DNA of 25,715 bases from a virus (taxonomy: Duplodnaviria; Caudoviricetes). The position numbers and the translations under genes were made by a program. The stretch is taken from IMG/VR virus record IMGVR_UViG_3300030395_000938, positions 1 to 25,715 of that record. One strand, given 5' to 3'. Under the pieces are notes generated by a model. It was not told the origin of the DNA and ran no database searches. It was given only the letters and a program-made list of their open reading frames with translations. Of the stretch, positions 17,996 to 24,384 are shown piece after piece. The stretch's first letter is position 1. Every line of letters starts with the position of its first letter.

Positions 17996-18285
17996 TGGAC
18001 TTCAAGGATTGGGCAATACCAGCAGCGAGTGGATTAATTGCGGTGGGTATGACCATGGCAACAGTCACCGCCAGCGCTTCCGACACAGAGGACTTGGCCG
18101 ATCGGGTCCGAGAGATCGAAGTCAAGCAGGCCGGGGAAGAGTCCACCAAGGTCATCGTGAAGCAGAACAGCGAACGCCTGGAACGCTTAGAAAACATCAT
18201 CCAAAAGTTGGCAGAGCAGCAAGGCCAGAGCGCCGCCAATATCGCGGCCGTATGTCAGGCTACCGGGGCGGAGTGCTCCCGATAG
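17992..18285 (+). CDS. Membrane-anchored coiled-coil protein
   Basis: N-terminal hydrophobic segment, heptads (LERLENIIQKLAEQQ) and terminal C-x6-C. Confidence 0.6.
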   Translation: MMDFKDWAIPAASGLIAVGMTMATVTASASDTEDLADRVREIEVKQAGEESTKVIVKQNSERLERLENIIQKLAEQQGQSAANIAAVCQATGAECSR

Positions 18286-18477
18286 CTATTTGTAGCCGTC
18301 TGCGGCCCATCCACCTCCCTTTAGAACGAAACTGGACCGTGACACCTGCTTGACCATTGCGGGCGGCTGTGCGTCATCCTGGGGGCATTCAGAGCATAAA
18401 GGCGCCGAGGCGTCCATCCTTTGCAGGACTTCAGCCACGGCGCCACACACCGAGCACTTGTATTTGTAGATCGGCAT
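18286..18477 (-). CDS. FmdB-family zinc-ribbon protein
   Basis: MPIYKYKCSVCG ... CSEC ... SSFVLKGGGWAADGY is the characteristic signature; purine-rich RBS upstream. Confidence 0.9.
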   Translation of the reverse strand: MPIYKYKCSVCGAVAEVLQRMDASAPLCSECPQDDAQPPAMVKQVSRSSFVLKGGGWAADGYK

Positions 18478-18494
18478 GTTTTCCCTCTCCCTTC

Positions 18495-18833
18495 CTATTT
18501 GTGTTCCTGGCACCCTTGGCCGCGCATGCAGTACCACTCCCCATAACCGGTCCCGCATGCGCGCTTCGCTTCTATCACTTCTGAGTCATCGCCGATTCTA
18601 CCGCAGTTTGCGCACGCGTGCGTTGCTGGCTCCGGTAGTCCGCACAACTGCGCGTCGGTAAACTTACGCTCTGCTTCGTAGAGGGCTTGCGCCATGGCGT
18701 CCCCGTCGTCGTCATCATCGAGCCAGCGGCGGCGCTTCTGGCGTTCCATCAGTTCGCGGGTCCGTTCTTCTCGGTCTTCGAAGTATGCGGAGCCGGGGCG
18801 CGTGTCTTGGTTCCATGGATAGAAGTTGCTCAT
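18495..18833 (-). CDS. Hypothetical protein with acidic tract and Cys-rich C-terminus
   Basis: MSNFYPW start overlaps the upstream stop (ATGA); DDDDDGD tract; CANC plus further Cys. Confidence 0.6.
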   Translation of the reverse strand: MSNFYPWNQDTRPGSAYFEDREERTRELMERQKRRRWLDDDDDGDAMAQALYEAERKFTDAQLCGLPEPATHACANCGRIGDDSEVIEAKRACGTGYGEWYCMRGQGCQEHK

Positions 18834-18904
18834 GCTATCACCCAAAAGAAAATGACCAGTGCAAATATGAGTACGGCGTTGAGTGCTTCGATCGCTGTGT
18901 TCAT
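18830..18904 (-). CDS. 24-aa single-TM micropeptide (absent from ORF track)
   Basis: MNTAIEALNAVLIFALVIFFWVIA; preceded by the conserved hairpin-RBS spacer; TGA overlaps the next ATG. Confidence 0.65.
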   Translation of the reverse strand: MNTAIEALNAVLIFALVIFFWVIA

Positions 18905-18946
18905 GTGTTGTCCTGTGGTTGTGGCCCCCGCAGGGGCCGGTGGTGG
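18905..18946 (-). repeat. Hairpin-RBS intergenic spacer, copy A
   Basis: Minus strand CCACCACCGGCCCCTGCGGGGGCCACAACCACAGGACAACAC; 18906-18945 is identical to 19135-19174. Confidence 0.95.
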
Positions 18947-19132
18947 TTAGGCGTTGTCCTTGACGATTGCGACGGTGACGAATTCAGCAAAAAATTCGGG
19001 GTTGTCTGCAACAAAGTCCTTTGCATCGGACACGGTAAAGAAAGAGGCGGTGATTCCGTTAACGTTGACCAAGCCGGCAAAGGGTGCGCCGGTGTGATCC
19101 TTGCCGGATTCGGTAACGTGGATGTTAAACAT
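18947..19132 (-). CDS. Hypothetical 61-aa protein
   Basis: ORF is exactly bounded by spacer copies A and B; AGGA RBS. Confidence 0.75.
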   Translation of the reverse strand: MFNIHVTESGKDHTGAPFAGLVNVNGITASFFTVSDAKDFVADNPEFFAEFVTVAIVKDNA

Positions 19133-19175
19133 GTTGTTGTCCTGTGGTTGTGGCCCCCGCAGGGGCCGGTGGTGT
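19133..19175 (-). repeat. Hairpin-RBS intergenic spacer, copy B
   Basis: 40 bp identical to copy A; fills the whole intergenic gap. Confidence 0.95.
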
Positions 19176-19361
19176 TTATGCGGGGGTTGCTATCACTTGC
19201 CCGATTGTAATTGTGTCCATGTGCTCACACGCCAATTCGTAGGCCATCGCGTCGAGGCTGTCTTTGCAGTCGTCGAGGCTGTTCGCGATGTATTCAACGC
19301 GAGCCATTTCGCTCCGCGTTCCTTGCTTTACTGTTTCGAGGTTGCTGATTCGGATTGTCAT
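19176..19361 (-). CDS. Hypothetical 61-aa acidic protein
   Basis: First ORF after promoter PL2; CAGGACA RBS; stop abuts spacer B. Confidence 0.75.
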   Translation of the reverse strand: MTIRISNLETVKQGTRSEMARVEYIANSLDDCKDSLDAMAYELACEHMDTITIGQVIATPA

Positions 19362-19434
19362 GTCGTTGTCCTGTTGTTGTTGCGGGCTGCGTGCCTCACA
19401 CTATGTTTATAGCTGGTAGCTATAAGATGTGCAA
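19362..19434 (-). promoter_or_regulatory. Leftward sigma70-like promoter PL2 with conserved leader and overlapping palindrome
   Basis: TTGCAC (19434-19429)-N17-TATAAA (19411-19406)-N6-GTGAGGCACGCAGCCC; inverted repeat TTATAGCT-ggt-AGCTATAA at 19407-19425. Confidence 0.7.
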
Positions 19435-19490
19435 GACTTTCTACACGAATAGGATCACAATGCAGAGACGTGCAGCGTTTACAATGTTTA

Positions 19491-19514
19491 CAGAAACGAT
19501 CCCCCGGCGATCGT
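19491..19514 (-). terminator. Possible weak intrinsic terminator
   Basis: Minus strand ACGATC-N7-GATCGT followed by TTCTG, at the stop codon of 19514-19804; U-tract is short. Confidence 0.3.
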
Positions 19515-19804
19515 CAGGCTTGCGCGCGGGGCGTTTGCGGTACGTAGATCTTGCAGTTCTGGGTGCCTCGATGGGTAGCCGCCCAGGTATCGATACCGAC
19601 CGGTTGAATCATTCCCCAGTCGTACAAGTCATCAAGAACGCCCCTTGCGATTGACGGGCGGCAACCAAGCACTCGAGACAGCGACACGTCGTCCAGCGAC
19701 CCCGGCGGGTCATGGCATACATGGATCAGCGCCATCAGGTGAGGGCTTTTGAACATATCGACAAACACAGGACGATCCATAGCCGGGGGTCTAACTCTTC
19801 GCAT
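19514..19804 (-). CDS. Winged-helix DNA-binding protein
   Basis: LSRVLGCRPSIARGVLDDLYDWGMI ... WAATHRG pattern; start uncertain. Confidence 0.6.
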   Translation of the reverse strand: MRRVRPPAMDRPVFVDMFKSPHLMALIHVCHDPPGSLDDVSLSRVLGCRPSIARGVLDDLYDWGMIQPVGIDTWAATHRGTQNCKIYVPQTPRAQA

Positions 19805-20078
19805 TTTGAATCCTTTGGGTGTATTCAGCAAGCGCGGCACGGCCGGCGGGTGTTGGGATCACGATTTTATTCCACGTGGCCGGCTTCCGATCTTCGATGA
19901 ACTTGGCGGTACGTAAGCACGCCAGAGTCCGCCATACCTTTCGGATATCGATCTGTAGTTCATCAGCAAGGGCGCGCGGGGTCATATCCCAAGAGCAGAC
20001 GCATTCCATGACGCGCGCGGGTAGCTTACCCCGGTGCAGCTTACCGGAGCCGGTGATCTGTTTACGGCGTGCCATCAT
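19791..20078 (-). CDS. Winged-helix (MarR/ArsR-like) DNA-binding protein
   Basis: MTPRALADELQIDIRKVWRTLACLRTAKFIE ... PTPAGR. Confidence 0.7.
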   Translation of the reverse strand: MMARRKQITGSGKLHRGKLPARVMECVCSWDMTPRALADELQIDIRKVWRTLACLRTAKFIEDRKPATWNKIVIPTPAGRAALAEYTQRIQNAKS

Positions 20079-20538
20079 CAAACCCCATGAGTTCCGCATA
20101 GTCGAATCGGTCACCAAGCGCTCCGCGTATGTAGATCGGTGCGGCAGTGGTGAAGTCCTCAACCGTCCCGTTGTATACGAACGCATACCGGGGAACACTG
20201 ACGCATGAGCGCGCAAAGTCGGCACCGAGTTGAGTCACGCGCCAGAGTCCAGACGTGCGGCCCTTGTGGTGCTCTTCCTTTGGCTTCTCTTCGATGAGCC
20301 CCCACCATGCCAGCTTCGGATACTCGCGGGCCTTGAGAACCCACGAGGGCGCCTTAGATGGCACGTCGCACCATGCGTAGCCGCTATGCGTCCAGAGCCA
20401 ACAGAGCGCAGCGGCCATGCTGCTATTAAGTTTGCGCTTGTATCGCTTGGCGTACTGTCCGCAGCACGGACAGGTGACGCCTTCGTCTAAGTTCTCGCGC
20501 AACCGTTCACGGACTGCGTAAAGCGATTGGTCTATCAT
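20062..20538 (-). CDS. CxxC-containing winged-helix-like protein
   Basis: TCPCCGQ; KLAWWGLIE ... GLWRVTQLG wing motif; GGGAGG RBS; ATGA overlap. Confidence 0.65.
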   Translation of the reverse strand: MIDQSLYAVRERLRENLDEGVTCPCCGQYAKRYKRKLNSSMAAALCWLWTHSGYAWCDVPSKAPSWVLKAREYPKLAWWGLIEEKPKEEHHKGRTSGLWRVTQLGADFARSCVSVPRYAFVYNGTVEDFTTAAPIYIRGALGDRFDYAELMGFDDGTP

Positions 20539-21545
20539 ATCGATCCTCCCATGACATCAGCGATCCATTGTGGATCTCGCATCTTATCGCGCATCTCTTG
20601 TCGTTGGTTTTCGATTAAGGTTTGGTTTTCGTCGTACACATCCTGATCGAAATGCTTGCCGACTTCCTGTTGAATGAGAGATCTAAGTACTGTTGGATCT
20701 AAGGCGTCAAGCTCCCATGCGTCGGTGGTCCCATGCTCGCGAACATACCCCGTGAACCTTGTGTCGCTGGTCTTGGCCCAAAATGGCGGAGGGTTGTACT
20801 GCCGGATCTGGTCCATGTTCAAAGCTACGCGTTCGACGTGAACATCGAGATACTCGAAACTGTCAGCAAATTGGTATTCGAAGTTTTCGCGCTCTTCTTT
20901 GTCCATCCACTGTAGACCCTGGTCGCTTCGTTGTAGCTTTTCGATGCCTTCCTGGGCTGCGCGTGGAATCATAAAGCCCGTCGGATCGTGATCACCAAAA
21001 TATAGAATTACAGATGAGTGGAACTCATCAAATGGTGTCTGTCGGCGGTGCTTTCGGGAATACTTAATCCAGTCCCATAGAGCCGACACCGAGGGGCATC
21101 CCTTGCACGCCAACCAGGACACACCCAAAGATTCACACACGGGCTCAAAGATACCCGCCAAGGCTTCCTTCTCAACCCATACACTTACGTGCTTCTCTTG
21201 GCCGTACCACCGAGAACGCGCCAAGGCCCATTCCGGCATCTGTTGTACCCATTGAGCAGCCTTCTCCAAGGCCGGACCCACTTGGTCATCGTTACGGGTA
21301 AAATCGCCGGGATAAACAGTACGCGTGCGGTCTTCAATCAGATCGTTGTCCAGCTTGCCTCCGTACCTGGCTTTGGAGAGGGTATCAACTACCCGCTTGT
21401 AGTGGTTTTGACCCGATGGCATGAGCCCGCGCGCTACAAATTGATAGTACAATTGACGGATCGTGAGGCTGAGGCCGTTGCTTTTGTATTCGTTCGCGAT
21501 GATCTTGGCGTGATTCAACACGTCGTCTCTGTTTTTTAAGTACAT
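20535..21545 (-). CDS. Topoisomerase VI-A/Spo11-like protein (5Y-CAP + TOPRIM; Mini-A-type)
   Basis: LTIRQLYYQ (catalytic Tyr motif), VWVEK (TOPRIM Glu) and YFGDHDPTG (DxD), plus WELDAL; AGGAGG RBS. Confidence 0.8.
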   Translation of the reverse strand: MYLKNRDDVLNHAKIIANEYKSNGLSLTIRQLYYQFVARGLMPSGQNHYKRVVDTLSKARYGGKLDNDLIEDRTRTVYPGDFTRNDDQVGPALEKAAQWVQQMPEWALARSRWYGQEKHVSVWVEKEALAGIFEPVCESLGVSWLACKGCPSVSALWDWIKYSRKHRRQTPFDEFHSSVILYFGDHDPTGFMIPRAAQEGIEKLQRSDQGLQWMDKEERENFEYQFADSFEYLDVHVERVALNMDQIRQYNPPPFWAKTSDTRFTGYVREHGTTDAWELDALDPTVLRSLIQQEVGKHFDQDVYDENQTLIENQRQEMRDKMRDPQWIADVMGGSI

Positions 21546-21553
21546 GTTACCTC

Positions 21554-22222
21554 CTAAAATGGGATTTCGTCATCGTTCATGTCGGCGGGTGGTTCGTCTG
21601 CTTTCGGGGCGCTACAAAATCGAAGATAAGTCCATTCTTTATCGTCTTCGCCGTCCCCCCAAGACACACCAATACGATCGCCATTGTCACCACCGATCCA
21701 GAAGATCTTCCCGGTGTTGCCCTTCGATGTTGTCACTATGTCACCCTTCCCGAATTGGCTGTTTGCGACAGCAGACTTTGCAGCGGACGCGGCGGGGCTT
21801 GGTTCGCGCTGTCGTGGCTTCGATGGTGCTTTGCGGGTGTTACCACCGGAACGGCCTTGGAAGGCGTCAGGTGGCAGTTCTTCGGCGGTTGTGGCGCCTA
21901 TGCCGAGGTACAACCGGAGGCATCGATTCACCGCGCGTGTCTCCGCCATCCGGATCACAGCGTTTGCAATGTTGCGCGATACGTTCGACGGGCTGGCGTC
22001 ACCGTGAGCCTCGAAGGTTCCACGGGTGCCGGTGACTTTGGCCTTCAGTATCGCTTCCCCGTCGTTGTACTGGAGAAGATCGGTCGTGATGGTCTCGACC
22101 CCGTGAGCGTGAGCCAGAGCCAAGAGGCCGGGGTGAGTGGGGTATTGCTTCCCCTGGAGTTCCACGACAGAGCCAGGAGGCAATGCATCAAGGGTTATCG
22201 GGTCGTTGGTTTTCTTGGTCAT
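21554..22222 (-). CDS. Rad52/Sak-like single-strand annealing protein with C-terminal small beta domain and SSB-like tail
   Basis: AILKAKV ... AHGDA ... RMAETRAVNRCLR-x3-GIG ... AEEL; ends DDEIPF. Confidence 0.65.
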   Translation of the reverse strand: MTKKTNDPITLDALPPGSVVELQGKQYPTHPGLLALAHAHGVETITTDLLQYNDGEAILKAKVTGTRGTFEAHGDASPSNVSRNIANAVIRMAETRAVNRCLRLYLGIGATTAEELPPDAFQGRSGGNTRKAPSKPRQREPSPAASAAKSAVANSQFGKGDIVTTSKGNTGKIFWIGGDNGDRIGVSWGDGEDDKEWTYLRFCSAPKADEPPADMNDDEIPF

Positions 22223-22770
22223 AGGTCCCCCTTAAAATCGCGATGATAGAAAAAATGTCCTTTGCTGATTCGCTCAATGTCGGCGATTATGTCATCGGGT
22301 GTCGCATGCGCTCGCTGTGCTTCAAATTCATTACCCGAAAGGTTTACGTCCCACCGAGCATAAGAATCCGATCCTCGATAGTTGTTCATGTCCCAAGCAA
22401 ATCGCAATCCTTCGACGGTGGACATATCAATATTCCACGCCTCGAAATCATGTTCGCTTGTTTTGAACATACGCGAAACTTCGAAGTTTTCTGAGACTTT
22501 TACTATCCAAACCTCCGCATCAAATGAATCGTGTCCACGTTTTTCGTTGTACTTGAGATACATATTTTGGCTGTAGCTTCCGCTTCTCCATGTAGCGGCA
22601 ACAATCATTTGATATTTAGGAATGTAAATTTCGAAACCTTCGGGGATATATTCTCCATCACATTTTTCGTGACGAACCCACACTTCAGTTTTGCCACCGA
22701 ACATTTTTTTCAAGCGACTCGCTTGAGCGAACTCAAGCATCGAAATAGATTTTTTTGTACATTTACACAT
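22219..22770 (-). CDS. Hypothetical protein, low GC
   Basis: 183-aa ORF with GGAG RBS; sampled lines are about 40% GC. Confidence 0.7.
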   Translation of the reverse strand: MCKCTKKSISMLEFAQASRLKKMFGGKTEVWVRHEKCDGEYIPEGFEIYIPKYQMIVAATWRSGSYSQNMYLKYNEKRGHDSFDAEVWIVKVSENFEVSRMFKTSEHDFEAWNIDMSTVEGLRFAWDMNNYRGSDSYARWDVNLSGNEFEAQRAHATPDDIIADIERISKGHFFYHRDFKGDL

Positions 22771-22792
22771 TATTGATCTCCAAAAATACCGG

Positions 22793-23026
22793 TTAAAATG
22801 GTTTCTCTGGTTCGTTGTACTCGTTCAGGGCGTCCGTGAGGGATTCCTGAATATGCCTGAAGTTCTCGATGTGCGCGGGGTCGTCGGGGCTTGCCTCCAT
22901 GTCTCGGAGATACTCCCCCATGATCTCCGCGAGAGCGGTCACGCGGCCGCATAGATAGGCGGAACGCATCATCAGATCGACACGTTGCTCGTAAAGTTCT
23001 TTGATGGTGTCGGTGTCGTTAGGCAT
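22793..23026 (-). CDS. Hypothetical acidic helical protein
   Basis: 77 aa from MPNDTD; start overlaps the end of the upstream gene. Confidence 0.6.
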   Translation of the reverse strand: MPNDTDTIKELYEQRVDLMMRSAYLCGRVTALAEIMGEYLRDMEASPDDPAHIENFRHIQESLTDALNEYNEPEKPF

Positions 23027-23210
23027 TGTCCGACTCACTTGTGATACCAATTTGACGATTCAGAAGGAAAGCGATGTTTTTGGCTTCAGCTTCCGAAGCG
23101 CACCAAGCCACCACGCGCCTGTCGGTGTGCATAATGTACACGCACCAAAAAAGGCCGAGGTTTAATTGCTCCCAGTATTTGTCTTTAGTCTTCACGGCTT
23201 CGTAAAACAT
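23019..23210 (-). CDS. Hypothetical 63-aa protein
   Basis: ATG (MFYEAV) directly follows spacer copy C with its AGGA RBS. Confidence 0.7.
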   Translation of the reverse strand: MFYEAVKTKDKYWEQLNLGLFWCVYIMHTDRRVVAWCASEAEAKNIAFLLNRQIGITSESDNA

Positions 23211-23257
23211 TGTTGTTTGTCCTGTGGCTGTGGCCCCGTTGCCGGGGCCGGTGGTGT
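23211..23257 (-). repeat. Hairpin-RBS intergenic spacer, copy C (GNRA loop variant)
   Basis: Minus strand ACACCACCGGCCCCGGCAACGGGGCCACAGCCACAGGACAAACAACA; flanks match copies A and B, loop differs. Confidence 0.9.
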
Positions 23258-23455
23258 TTATTCGCTCATCCATTTAGAGGCCGCGCGCGCTGGGTTCTTG
23301 TACGTCTTGCTGGGCTTGCCGTACGCACACCGGAGAACACCGTTTTCCCAAAATCCAAAGCTGGTAAACCCGTCAGAAGTTGCGACCGCACCACGATCGT
23401 TCTGAAGGTTTCTATATTCTGTTCGTCCGTTTACTTTTTTTGCTTCGATTGTCAT
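23258..23455 (-). CDS. Hypothetical 65-aa basic protein
   Basis: MTIEAKK start after CAGGACA RBS; first gene after PL1. Confidence 0.75.
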   Translation of the reverse strand: MTIEAKKVNGRTEYRNLQNDRGAVATSDGFTSFGFWENGVLRCAYGKPSKTYKNPARAASKWMSE

Positions 23456-23529
23456 GTCGTTTGTCCTGGTTTGGTGTGGGCTGCGTGCCTCACTCCTTGA
23501 GTATAAGAGTAAGCGATATGTTTGTGCAA
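23456..23529 (-). promoter_or_regulatory. Leftward sigma70-like promoter PL1 with conserved leader
   Basis: TTGCAC (23529-23524)-N18-TATACT (23505-23500)-N6-GTGAGGCACGCAGCCC. Confidence 0.75.
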
Positions 23530-23580
23530 CCAAAAAACGCACGATAGGTCGAAGAAATATACAACTTGTATTGCTAAACG

Positions 23581-23609
23581 TTGTATGCGGGCCCCGTTGT
23601 CATTATAAT
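23581..23609 (+). promoter_or_regulatory. Rightward sigma70-like promoter PR
   Basis: TTGTAT-N17-TATAAT, upstream of GGGAGG RBS and ATG at 23635. Confidence 0.75.
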
Positions 23610-23634
23610 AAAAAACGATACAGGGAGGATCACC

Positions 23635-23880
23635 ATGCAGAAAACACTTGGAGCATTGATCGCAACGTTGCGCAAATCGCGCGGTATGACGCAGATCGAA
23701 CTATGCCAACGGCTTGCACACGTTGTCGGAATGGTACAGCCACAACTGAGCCAGATAGAAAATGACTACATGCTACCGAACGCGGGACAGTTGGAGCATA
23801 TACTTCGGGCGCTCGAAGTCACCGACCAGGACAAACGGCGCTGTCGTGACTTGGCGGCGGCTGTGGTGGTGCGGCGGTGA
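23635..23880 (+). CDS. XRE-family HTH transcriptional regulator (Cro-like)
   Basis: LGALIATLRKSRGMTQIEL ... QPQLSQIENDYMLP; strong RBS. Confidence 0.9.
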   Translation: MQKTLGALIATLRKSRGMTQIELCQRLAHVVGMVQPQLSQIENDYMLPNAGQLEHILRALEVTDQDKRRCRDLAAAVVVRR

Positions 23881-24335
23881 TTTGGCGTGAGGTGATGCGC
23901 GTCACAATTCCAGGTGCTCCGGTTCCCAAGGGGCGCCCGCGTTTCTACGTAAGCAACGGAAGGGCGAAGACGTACACCGACAAGAAAACGCGAGCCTACG
24001 AGAAGATGGTGGCGTTGTGCGTGTCATCGTCTGCGGCGCTTCGTGGCCAGTCCCGGCCGTTGTGCGGTTACGGGCCGGTGAGGGTGGACATTGTCGCCAT
24101 ATTCCCCCGGCCGCAACGGCTACAGGCAAAGCGCCATCCGGATTCACTGATACCAATGGCCTGTCGCCCCGATATAGACAACGTATGCAAAGCGGCGCTC
24201 GATGGGATCGGGCTCGCGACTGGGCTCGTGTGGAACGATGACGGGCAGGTCCAGACGCTACGCGCGGAAGCGTACTACGCGGAGCGGGATCAGCCTCCAC
24301 GGCTTGAACTTGCGATCTACGTGCCCACTGACTAA
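23877..24335 (+). CDS. rusA: RusA-family Holliday junction resolvase
   Basis: IPGAPVPKGRPRF, RPDIDNVCKAALDG and WNDDGQV motifs. Confidence 0.92.
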   Translation: MIWREVMRVTIPGAPVPKGRPRFYVSNGRAKTYTDKKTRAYEKMVALCVSSSAALRGQSRPLCGYGPVRVDIVAIFPRPQRLQAKRHPDSLIPMACRPDIDNVCKAALDGIGLATGLVWNDDGQVQTLRAEAYYAERDQPPRLELAIYVPTD

Positions 24336-24384
24336 GCCAACAGAGAACGCGCTTGCCGGCGCTCAACCATAGGAACAGGACAGC

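Noticed and set aside
18905-19175. 40-bp direct repeats as a CRISPR array
   Set aside because: Only two adjacent copies, the interval is a full 186-nt ORF, and no cas genes are present.
19435-19513. GTTTACA repeated twice upstream of PL2; possible small RNA or tRNA
   Set aside because: Too short to support, and no cloverleaf or other convincing structure.
18905-23257. Spacer hairpins as intrinsic terminators or integron attC sites
   Set aside because: No U-tract on the coding strand; no attC-type R-box ends or long imperfect stem; no integrase in the window.
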